From positions 1,550,001 to 1,614,000 of the forward strand of contig CAJFCJ010000003.1 in assembly GCA_904063045.1 (NCBI GenBank): 64,000 nucleotides of DNA. The letters run 5' to 3'. The notes under the pieces were generated by a model. It ran no database searches. It was not told the origin of the DNA and saw only the letters and a list, made by a program, of their open reading frames with translations. Origin of the DNA: Dimorphilus gyrociliatus (Eukaryota > Animalia > Annelida). Shown piece after piece: positions 1 through 10,538 of the stretch. The stretch's first letter is position 1; each line of letters starts with the position of its first letter. The translations under genes were made by a program, and so were the position numbers.

Positions 1-1
1 T

Positions 2-199
2 CCAAAAAAGGGTCAAGATCTTTCTTCAAGTTCCGCAAATTTAATCTCAAGACGGACATCAGTCGCTAGCTCTTTAGTTGAAGAAGAAGAAGAACCCGAA
101 CCCGAACCTCTTGATAGTCTAAAGCAATGCCGATATCTAAGGATTCCAGGTCATGTTGAAAGAGAATTAAGTATTGATGAAGTTTTTGCCGATGATTGA
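2..199 (+). CDS. 3' terminal part of a gene that begins upstream of the window; C-terminal CRYLR...ELSIDEVF motif resembles the CCDC190-type C-terminus
   Basis: Open frame from nt 2: PKKGQDLSSSSANLISRRTSVASSLVEEEEEPEPEPLDSLKQCRYLRIPGHVERELSIDEVFADD, then TGA TGA TAA at 197-205. The motif similarity is from memory. Confidence 0.6.
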   Translation, partial: PKKGQDLSSSSANLISRRTSVASSLVEEEEEPEPEPLDSLKQCRYLRIPGHVERELSIDEVFADD

Positions 200-891
200 T
201 GATAAACAAGCACTTCAGATCACTTTTTGCTTTTGATTATAAGCTGAAGAGTTACATTTTCTTTTTTTTTCTTTTAAAAAAATAAACGATAGGGAAAAAA
301 AATTACAGCATTCTTGGATAAATACAGTAGCTTATTCCGATAAATAGCCATTTTTGTGCTTAGTTCAACTGTTACTTTATATAAAGCATTCAATTTATAG
401 ACTTATTTTTGTACCCAAAGGATTTGCCTTGTAATCGAAGGCGACTATAACTTACTTTCATCTTACGAGAATTATATCTTTTTTTATGGAATAAGTCTTT
501 CTTTGTAGATTTCTAAACCTCAACAGATGGCGTATGAAGCAGGAGGAACAGTTAGCTAAATAATACACTGCATATTTCATGTAAAACTTTTTGTAATCCA
601 AATTAAAGAATAATGTTACAAATTATTAGTTACATATAATATTGAGGAAAGTTAGCGAATATGAAAAGAATTTTTCTATTAATGAAATATTTCACCTAGT
701 ACGACCCTACTGTCTAAAAGGTCAAATTGCAGCTGACTTTATTTAAAAGATGGTGATTTCTTGAAAATTTAAACAGACCTGTAGATAAGTCTGTCGAAAT
801 TATAATTAATGTTTGGTTTTCGAAATTTCTTAGAAGAAATCAGATAAAAAATATATTATTTAGCTGCTGTATATTGCATTAGTATACAGTG

Positions 892-894
892 TAT

Positions 895-913
<19 letters not shown>
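892..913. repeat. (TA)n microsatellite
   Basis: Direct reading. Confidence 0.9.
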
Positions 914-926
<13 letters not shown>

Positions 927-1222
927 CTATATTACATCTGTGGATATAAAAGAAGAAGGATCAAATGTATTTTAAAGCGCAAACAGAAGAAAGGAAAAAC
1001 CTCAACTCTGACCTACGTACGGTATATTTTCAAGAGCAAACCTGTAAATTCGAATATAAACAATTGGTAAAAGTTAAGAGAGGGAGCCAAAAAATTAGTA
1101 GAAAAGGGTGTGAATAGGAAGAGAGGAGAGGGGGCTGCTGATCGCAAAACTGTATACATCTCACTCTCAGACAGAAGTTGATCATATACGAATAATACTA
1201 AAAGCTGAAAACTTATGAACCT

Positions 1223-2631
1223 ATGAAGAGAGCTACTAGAAGATGGTGTAAAAGATTCTTTTTGTATGGGGGAGTCTTTTGCGTTGTATTTCTATTATTA
1301 CTAGCTATAAAATTGAATTTCGATATTCTAAAGCATGATAATGTTTTATTACAAACAAGTTTTGTTAAGAAGACGACATCTCATTCGAAAGTGGATTTTA
1401 TATCAGAAAATTATTTGCGGATCATCAACGAAACAATTATTTATCCTCCGTTCAAGATAAGAAGACCTAATTTCATAGATGAGAGAGATAAAGTAGCCTT
1501 TCTTACTAACAAGATAAATGATGAAGCAATGAAGAAGGTGTCTAGAGAGAGGTTGATTGGTCGTATTGTAATGCAGCAAAATGCAACGATTCACGAATCT
1601 TTTGATTGTGGCTGGAAAACGAAATTCAAAGATTTCGAAAATAAATCAAACAAACAAGGTAATATTTTACAGGTTGCTGCTGGTTTGCTAGTACCTCAAT
1701 CAGACAGTTTTCAGCATTTTATGGACGGAGTCTTACCAAAAATTGTTCAGGGGAGTTATTCAGAATTTCCGTTGAGAGGTGTTAAATTAATTATCAACTC
1801 AATACAGAGCTAAAATTTAACTCAATCGCATGATAAAAGCAACTTCTTGAAAAAGTATTAAATGAAAAGTTTAAGAATTCTCGAATCTGGAAAAGAGATT
1901 ACCAGATAACTTAAATTTGACCTTTTTATAATTCTGAATAACACCTCCAGGCCAGTAACGTTTTAAAAGAAACGCGGGCATCAATAGTATTGTTTAGGCC
2001 AAGGAGCAAACTAATAAGACAAATTCTACAAAAGTTAGGTTTCGGTGAGAGAATTGTTTACTACGATCGAACCTTCTATACTGTCCATTATCACGTTAAC
2101 GCTTGCTTAACACCACCTCTACATCCGTACCTTTGGCGAGAAGCTAGACAAAGACTGATTGGAGGAAGTAGCTTAAAAGTACCTTTAGAGAGTACCAGCG
2201 TCATATTTATATATACTTCTGGAGGAGAGATGCAGAGAAGTATTATTAACTATCAAACAGTTGAAATGTTTTTAAAGGAACGTTATACAACAATCTATAG
2301 TCTCTCTTTCGATGACTTATTGTCTTTACCGACCACCATCGATATATTTTCCAAGGCTCGAATAATAATTGGCGTCCACGGTAGTTCAATGTATACAATA
2401 CAGATGGCGACTTTAAATGCTACTATAGTTGAATATATGCCGACAACACTAGACGGGATCATAATACCAAAGAATACTGCTCATACAATAATTTGGCAAA
2501 CTGCGGACATGTTGGGTCAATCTTATTGGAGAATTAATGAATTGCCATTGAATTCTTTTGGTGATATGCGAATAAACATTTATAGACTAAAAAAGGCGCT
2601 AGATGAAATAGACATTAATTATAAATTATAA
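1223..2631 (+). CDS. Glycosyltransferase family 61 (DUF563) type II membrane protein, 2 exons (1223-1750 and 1951-2631, about 402 aa)
   Basis: N-terminal TM anchor (FFLYGGVFCVVFLLLLAI); SFQHFMDGVLPKIVQ; C-terminal ARIIIGVHGSSM and IVEYMP motifs typical of GT61. Strong acceptor ctccag|GCC at 1950 gives ASNVLKETRASIVLFRPR in frame with ORF 1990-2631. The donor is uncertain (GG at 1751 or GT at 1781). Confidence 0.8.
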
Positions 2632-3071
2632 AGAAATCATAATTCGTTAAGATTATATTTATTAAAGGGTGTATTCAGAAACAGAAAATAAAAAGAGGCA
2701 AACGATTTGTTTTTTTTTAGTTGTTTTACAGCAGTCAAAATAACAGAAAAGTTAATTAGGCACCACCTGGCCTTTTATTTTTAGATTTTTTTTGGCTGCT
2801 GATCATCAGTCTGGTTTTTAAAGCTAAATTTCCGATTAGATTTAAACAAACTCGAATAAAAAAAAAAAACACATCATCAGAATTGAATGAGTAAAATTAA
2901 AAGGGATATATATGGATTTGCTAAAAATTTTCTCTAACATTTTACCAAGAGAATGATAACATCTATGGCGCTGTTTAAACTGAGAAAAGACCAAGAGACA
3001 TATAGAAAGCTTCCTAAAATTTAATGGAAGCTATGCTAATCTACACAACTGGTGGTTAAATATATTTTTTA

Positions 3072-3871
3072 CTATTTTCTTCTTGCAGGTTTAATAATAG
3101 AGTTGTCATACTTTTTAGCCATTTCTGAAACTAACGTTCTCCTTTCACTTTTCTGCTCTGGCATGTCTGTTTTAGGTTTAGGCATCAACTGCGGGGGCTC
3201 TAATTAAATTTGAAAAGTTACGTTTAATTAATAGAATTGTATAGCATTAAAAATCCGACAAGTTTATCTACTAACCATCTTCACAAATATTTAAATAATC
3301 CGATTCTGTTCTTTTAACGGATCGTCTTGGAGCAGGTTTTGCAGGTGGTTCAACATTTTCATAATCCGTATCTGTGTTGTAGTTCTTATGCAATGGCTCT
3401 CTAGTAGGTGTGTCTTGGGTATATTCTTCATCCGAGTCATTGTCGACGACCGAATATTCGTGATCATCTACGTAGGAGTAGTCTCCATCTTCAGCTAAAT
3501 AAACAATTTAAATTGTACATATTATTGTTGTAAGAAACTTATAAGGAGAAAAAATGGGAAAGCTAGAATAAAAAACAAATTAGTTATAACAAAGCAAACA
3601 TTTTAGATTAATGTTGAAGGTAAGAGGTCATACATGTACTATTTGTGAGGTTGCTCTGCAGTGAAGTAGTTTTTCCAAGTGATGTATGAGACGAAATACG
3701 ATCATAATTTCGATCTGACGCTGGGGTACTTCCTCCTGATTGATTCTGATCATCTTCCGGTATCGGATTGTAAATTGCGCTGGCAAACACAGCGTCCAAA
3801 TCTCTTACTAGGGTACCATAAACGTCATTCTCCTCTTCCGCACCTATTTCCTCCAGCCATTGTTGTTTAGC
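3072..3871 (-). CDS. Last three exons (3871-3634, 3494-3276, 3199-3072) of the Pil1/Lsp1-like gene; acidic, disordered, Tyr-motif-rich tail (194 aa)
   Basis: Canonical GT-AG junctions with matching phases (entry phase 0, then 1, 1) give AKQQWLEEI...VYGTL...DYSYV...EYSVV...DYENVEPPAKPAPRR...DYLNI...KPARRK*, with TAG at 3074-3072. The first of these exons starts at an acceptor with no Met, so it needs an upstream exon. Confidence 0.85.
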
Positions 3872-4750
3872 CTAAGGGAAATAGTTTTATTTTTTCAACT
3901 AAGAATAATAATATAAATTTGTTCATGATTAATATTTCTATGTATACACTTTGCAACATTTTCTCTGGTCTAAAAAAAACAGACTAGTTTATAGTTTTCT
4001 ATTTCAGAGGGTATTTGTACGTGCCTTCCTCAAATCACCTTTATTCCCTGTCTCAACCCTTTCTTCAGTTACTATTTTCAAACAAGAAACGGCACGTATA
4101 CACATCAGTTTGAAACTAAGGTAAGTTTGTCAAAATAAATATCTGTGATTTTCTTAATTACTTTTCCCCTATTTAATACAATATGAATTTATATGAATTT
4201 ATACTTTTTGAATTATAAGCGAACGTTGCCTTTGAAATATTTATTGTAATTTAATCTATTTATAATTTAGAATCGAAAGAATCTTATATTTATCAAATGA
4301 TCACAGACCTAACTTGAGTCGTGATATTCTCAAATAAGAGATATTTCTCAAAATGAAAATCTATAAGGGGGTATTTCCATTCCTGCTGAGAGGAAAAAAT
4401 AATTTGAGGCTATATCATTGCCTTAGGGAGGAGAGAGGGCATTCTTTGAAACAAAGATATTAATCTATGTATAATTTTACCAGAGTTGGAATTTGCCACA
4501 CTGGATTTATCAAACTAACGTCGAACATGTTTAAAGATGAAGAACAGTGGAACTTTTCTTTGGAAAGAAGTTAGTTGGAGTTGTAAAGGTAAAAATACTC
4601 TTTGAACAGACGTTGAGACTTTTTTCCCCAACTACAAGAAATAACAACTTTCACATTTATGTGTTTCACTACGAATTTATTATTATAATAGAAAATGTAA
4701 ATTTTTCTACTTCCTCACAATTTGGATAGATTCTATATGAACAGGGGAAA

Positions 4751-5981
4751 ATGAAACTTTTCGAATATCTGTGCCATTTTCTTATCATTTTTTTTATATT
4801 TTCAACTGGATGTTATACTACTCCCAAAATATATATCTATGAAAATATCTCTTTCGCTACTCCCGTTTCTTATGGTAACACTTCAAATGTAGAATTATAT
4901 GAAACAACACCAACAACCCTTCAAACAAATACAAACTCAACTATATATACTCAATCAAGAACGAAAGCAGATTATATAATTGAATGGGTTGCTATTTCCT
5001 TGGGATCTTTCGGAATTTTTGGCAATGGTTTAGTAATTTTGGCGCTATATCATAAGTCAATAAAAGTACATGAATTGTTAATTATTAATCAAAGTATAAT
5101 CGATATGTCGTGTTCAGCTATGATTATCGTACATTTTACACTTATTATCGGTAAGTTTTTATTTATATTATTATAAAAAATATCCTCAAACTTGAAACAT
5201 ATCTTTTTCTGAAAATGAAGGGAAAAGTTTGCCATTTGCTAATCATACTTGGTGGCTTAATGATATCCAGTGTAAGCTAATAAAGGGAGAGATGTTTCTC
5301 TGGGGTCTTTTCGATATATCAAGTTGTAACTTGTGTGTTGTTACTATCGAACGATACATTGCTGTTATATTTCCTTTGATTCATCATATACACATAACGA
5401 AGTACAGAACCCGAGTAGCTATGGTTTTGGTTTGGATATTAGGGATAGCAACACAGGTTACTGGGGGATCCATTGTCAATAAAATGATAAAGAATAAATG
5501 TGCACTATATTCGAATTTTGTGCCAAGCGGTAGAAAAATATATGGTTTTTTCCTCTTGCTAATCGAATGGACAATACCTGTAACCGTACTGGTTATATGT
5601 AATACTCATATGGCATGGAAAATTCATAAAAGTCGTAAGCTTAATGCGCTAAACGAAGATAAGAAAATATTGGCCAGAAATAACTTGTTTAAAACTTTAC
5701 TACTGGTGGCAATAGGTTTTATTCTTTGTAACAGTTGGAATGCCATTCTATTCTTTTTAATGAACATGGGAGCCAAAATTTACAACAGAAACTTATTCCA
5801 CTCCACAAAAATGATGTATTTAGCTAACGCTATGATAAATCCGTTCGTTTATACTCTTCAATACAACCACTTTAGACGTCGTTTACGCTCTATATTCTGC
5901 TTTGACAGGAAAAAGGAAGTTAAAAATACATGTAGCACATCATTCGCAAGTGATCGTTGTAAAAGTAGTAGTCAAATATAA
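4751..5981 (+). CDS. Orphan class A (rhodopsin-like) GPCR, copy 1; exons 4751-5150 and 5221-5981 (386 aa)
   Basis: GIFGNGLV (TM1), LLIINQSIID (TM2), TIERY (TM3), NPFVY (TM7). Phase-1 intron G|gtaagt...gaag|GG restores a frame that aligns to copy 2. Confidence 0.93.
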
Positions 5982-7766
5982 AATGAATAAGTGTTGAAGA
6001 CATGAAATGTTAAGTAAAATTACTATAAAATGTTAAAAATTTTAGTATATTACATTCTATACTCTCTGTTGTGGATGTTAACCTTATTGGGTCAAATATT
6101 TTGCAGTTGTTGTTTTCGTCAAGATGTTAAAACAAAGCTATACTAAAAGATGATGAACAATATAGCCTCAAACATAACTTACTTAATAGGTAATTTGTTA
6201 AATATGGACAATAGTGTCAACTTGTTAAAACAAGTGATATTTGTTTGTAAAATATTTGTTTACAAACGCTTTTTAAAACTTAATCGACTTACCGGCTCGA
6301 TGAAAGAGTTTAGCAGAAAACATCTCAAGCAAAAGCTTGTGACGTCACACTACTGAGAAACATGAGAAGTAGCCTCATTTGGGAGTAGTTGACTAAAATA
6401 TTACTTATCAATACCTTAATTAGACATTTAATTAGATTTCCTTTCATTGACGCTTTATCATGTTTGTCTCAGTGGGAGAACTCGAATATAGAAATTAATA
6501 ACGGTCAACTAGATTAGTATTGATTTAAGCATTGTTTTTTTGCACTCTTTTTCTTTTCCTTCTTGCCTTTGAATCTCTAATTTAATATCATATAAATTTA
6601 TATCAATTACCAGAGATAGCCGGGATAATTTAAATAAACAAATATATTTAAAAAGTCCTGTTGTCCTAAATGTAGAGCTAGTATTTTAAAAAAGAGGGAA
6701 GCTACCGATAAAAGACTCATCAACTGTAATAATATGATCTGAAATTTAGGTCTTGCAAAGCTATAATTAAACATCCTAAGATGTATTATTTATAGAGAGT
6801 TTAATTACCGTTTGCATTATCTTCAAATAGGCAGATTTTAACAAGTTTAGCTATACCTGTTTAATAAAGGACGATGATAATGTTAAGTTTTATTTAAAAT
6901 CATAGTATATTTGGCTATGCCAATGATTTATCTATTATTGTTAGTTGGATTGCAATGTAATCATTTCCCAAGCTAGTTAAATATTGATAGCAGACAAATG
7001 AAGAAATAAAAAAAAAAGGTGATCTTTCCTAAAAGGATAACTGTCATTCAAAAATTTCCCATTCTCCGCCTCTTCTTTTTCCACTTTTAATATTATGCAT
7101 ATAAAAACTATTGAACTAGCAAGAAAGCTATTGAGCCGTGATTTTATTTTGTAATACGCTTAGATTAGACGTCCTGTGTACTGTTATTTCTATTTAATAA
7201 AACAAACGCATTAAGTTCAAACCTAAATACTTGTTGGGCGTCACTTTATTTGTACATAGTTAATTAGAAATATTAGTCATTCTATTTCCTGGAATAGAAA
7301 CCGTTCTTTCTGCAAAAAAGCGATTATATACGATGACATAATTTTTGCTTGTCAGAGTTTGTTTTAAAAATACATTTGCAAAAAAAAATTAGGATTAGCG
7401 GATCATACTATTGAATTGTAAATATTAAAGAAAACTATTAGTAAATATCCAGAAGCGTTGAATATTAAAATAGAAACGCCTACGCTAGCATAAATTAAAG
7501 AACGCTTTGATGGAACAGTCAGTCATTTCTCTATCCTATTTGAACCAAGTGTTGTGAAGCTGACTAAATGAAAAAAACACAGAATAAAATATGACAAAAA
7601 TTTTTATTTAAAGAATTTATAGAAGCGGATTTATTTTTCTACTAGATGCAACTATAATTTTCTTTAAAGTCTGTTGTTCAATGACAAGAACTATTTTCTT
7701 ATGTTTTCTTTTCTCTCAGTGTTTATTTTATACTCTACGTCAGATTTTAGTATCATAGCTGTCGCT

Positions 7767-8834
7767 ATGAGTTCCACTTCTTTGATTATCAATTCTACGT
7801 ACAACTTTACTTCTCAAATGAAGGAAGAAGACGAGATTACGATGCAAAAAGTATCTCAAAAAATAGCTATAATTTTTGGTAGCTTTGGAATTTTTGGCAA
7901 CGGTCTTGTAATTGTTGCACTGTATCAAAAAGGATTGAAAATCCACGAACTTTTAATCATTAATCAATCAATTGTAGATTTATTATGTTCAGTTTCCATG
8001 ATTGCACATTCTGTGTGGGTTATTGGACAAGATATTGCATATAATCAATTGAACTGGTGGCTGAAGAACTCATACTGCAGATTAATTAAAGGAACTTCAC
8101 TGTTATGGGGTCTTTTTGATGTATCAACATTCAATTTATGTATTGTGACTGTTGAAAGATACGTGGCGATAACTTCTCCTTTATTCCATCACGTACATAT
8201 AACGAAATTCAAAGCTAAGATAGCAATGTTGACGGCTTGGTTCGGTGGTTTGTTAGTACAAATAGTACCAGCCGTCAATGTCAATCAGGTGGTAGGTGAT
8301 AAATGCCTAATCTGGAGACAGTGGAGACTACCAAACGGACGAAAATTACTCGGTAGTTTTCTTTTTGTTACCGAATGGTTGTTACCAGTAACATTACTGG
8401 TTACCTGTAACGCTCATATGGCATGGAAAATTCAGAAAAGTAGGAGATGTAGCCATCAAAGATTTGATATTAAACGTTTAGCAGCAAGAAATAACCTTTT
8501 TCGCACAATGTTATTAGTAGCTATAGGTTTTATTATTTGCAACAGTTGGAACGCATTTTGTTTTTTCTTTACAAATATTGGATCCAAAAATATTCAATAT
8601 TCAAGCAATTACTACCAACTAACAATTGTAGCCTACCTCGCTAATGCTGTAATTAATCCGTTTGTTTACACTTTACAATATACACACTTCAGACGGCGCC
8701 TATTTAATTTAATATTTAAATGTCGAGGCAAGAAATTACGAAATAATGATAGTTCAGCCTTATTTGAAACTGGTAAAGTGATAAAACAAAAACAGAAGCT
8801 TTTAATTAAAAAAAAAAAATTAATGACTTCTTAA
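7767..8834 (+). CDS. Orphan class A GPCR, tandem paralog (copy 2), intronless CDS (355 aa from Met 7767; ORF open from 7674)
   Basis: GIFGNGLV, LLIINQSIVD, TVERY and NPFVYTLQY motifs, collinear with copy 1. N-glycosylation sequons NST and NFT follow Met 7767. Confidence 0.93.
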   Translation: MSSTSLIINSTYNFTSQMKEEDEITMQKVSQKIAIIFGSFGIFGNGLVIVALYQKGLKIHELLIINQSIVDLLCSVSMIAHSVWVIGQDIAYNQLNWWLKNSYCRLIKGTSLLWGLFDVSTFNLCIVTVERYVAITSPLFHHVHITKFKAKIAMLTAWFGGLLVQIVPAVNVNQVVGDKCLIWRQWRLPNGRKLLGSFLFVTEWLLPVTLLVTCNAHMAWKIQKSRRCSHQRFDIKRLAARNNLFRTMLLVAIGFIICNSWNAFCFFFTNIGSKNIQYSSNYYQLTIVAYLANAVINPFVYTLQYTHFRRRLFNLIFKCRGKKLRNNDSSALFETGKVIKQKQKLLIKKKKLMTS

Positions 8835-9968
8835 AAGTGCCAGTCTTGGTGTCATCTTTCTAAAACAAGTAATTTACTTAAAAGTACCAACGACACTTGA
8901 CATAATACATTTCTTTTTAATAAAAGTCAATGGCCTATGAATATGGATAAATCATGACAGAATGTTCACTATCATTAAAGCTCAAACGAACTATTAAAAT
9001 TTCATCTGATAAACAAGAGAAAAAGATTCAGCACGAATGCAAGATAGAGGGTGTTCTAATCATCAAGTTTTCAACAAACTAAAGATATGGTCTAATTGTT
9101 AATAAGACTGAAAATAAAAAAGAAGTATTTTAAACTCTGTCCAAAGGAAACTAATTTTCACTTTTTTATCGATAAACCTCTCTAAATTAAGACTGACGAA
9201 GTGACTCATTTAACTTTTTCTATACAGAAACAAATAGTACAAATGATACGTTAGGTCACACTTACGTGAACTACAGTAATAGAGTACATGATAATAAAAC
9301 GTCTAAACCTTTTGTGTTATAATTAAACCAATAATAATATTTCTAATAGAAAATGTATGTAACAGGGACAATGTTCATAATATATTTAAATGTACTATTC
9401 TTGTAAAAGTGTAAAAACAAAAATAAAATAATACGATCTTATAAAGCTAATTAATTAAACTTTTCAAATTAGATAAAAGCATAGATACATAATATTGATT
9501 TTTATCTCATCTGCAACCCTGTATCTCTATTTTCATACATGTGTATATATTTTTTTTTGTGAAAAATTAATAGGCTTTCCTCCTTGCCGTTGATTGATGG
9601 TTTATGACCTAAATTAAAAACATAGAAATGTTGCAATACACAAAAAAATGTTAAGGTTTGGTATTTCAATTTAGAGAAAGATTAGATTTAGAAAACGCAT
9701 AACAAAAGACCCTCAAGTTATTTTTTCAGCGGAGCCATCTATTGAGTGTGAAAGTACTGAACACTTTACATATATTCATTTAAGAGCATACAAATTTACG
9801 ATTATCGACAATGTACTTTTTTTTATAAAATAATTATTCTCACCGTAATCTATTGGATAGATAGACACTAATCGATCAACTCAAAGTCCAATAGATGATA
9901 AGACTGTAAGAGCTGTTAGTTAGATTTTAATTTAGCGACAAAGAACATTAGGTCATATACATTGAATC

Positions 9969-10529
9969 ATGTCCGTAGAGCCGTATATGTGTAAATGGAG
10001 ATCGAATACCATTGAAAATTTCGATAATTTTATGAAAGAATTAGGTATGTTTATATAAATTGAAAAGCAACTCTTTTCAGAATGTTAAGAAAATTTACAT
10101 CTCTATAATTTTTTACTTGAAAACATAGAGGTTGGGTTCTTACTTCGAAAAGCCGGTGGTATGGCAACTACTTATTACCAGCTAAGTTTGAATGGTGATA
10201 CCATCAACTTTAAATACAAGATTGCAACAAAAAAGGGTGACTTATACTTTAAACTAAACGAAGAATTTGACGAAGTCACACCAGATGGCAGAAAAGTAAA
10301 AGTAAGTAAGCGTATAATAAAGTAAAACCTGATATCACTAGTCACTCTGTCGATTCAGTCAACATTCTTTATGGAAGACGGCAAATTTAAGCAAATTCAA
10401 AAAGGAAAGCCTTACGATGCTCATGTTGAAAGGTCTATTACTGAAGATGGTCAACTTTTAGAAATAGCTGTCGCAAATGGTGTTAAATGTACCAGAACTT
10501 ATAAACGTGATGATTCGTTTAATTTATAA
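9969..10529 (+). CDS. FABP: Fatty acid-binding protein (iLBP family); exons 9969-10044, 10129-10301, 10359-10529 (139 aa); missed by the ORF track
   Basis: MSVEPYMCKWRSNTIENFDNFMKELEVGFLLRK...FKLNEEFDEVTPDGRKVKSTF...VERS...VKCTRTYKR. Classic ENFDxFMKxLG, EEFDEVTPDGRK and R-x-Y carboxylate-binding motifs. Canonical introns at the family-typical positions 1 and 2. Confidence 0.95.
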
Positions 10530-10538
10530 AATCAGATA

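Noticed and set aside
197-205. Three tandem stop codons TGA TGA TAA
   Set aside because: Easily produced by chance in AT-rich sequence; no sign of programmed readthrough.
7674-7766. N-terminal extension of GPCR2 in the ORF track (TTG start)
   Set aside because: It contains two polypyrimidine-AG acceptors (7719, 7750) and is probably intron or UTR; Met 7767 is followed by typical glycosylation sequons.
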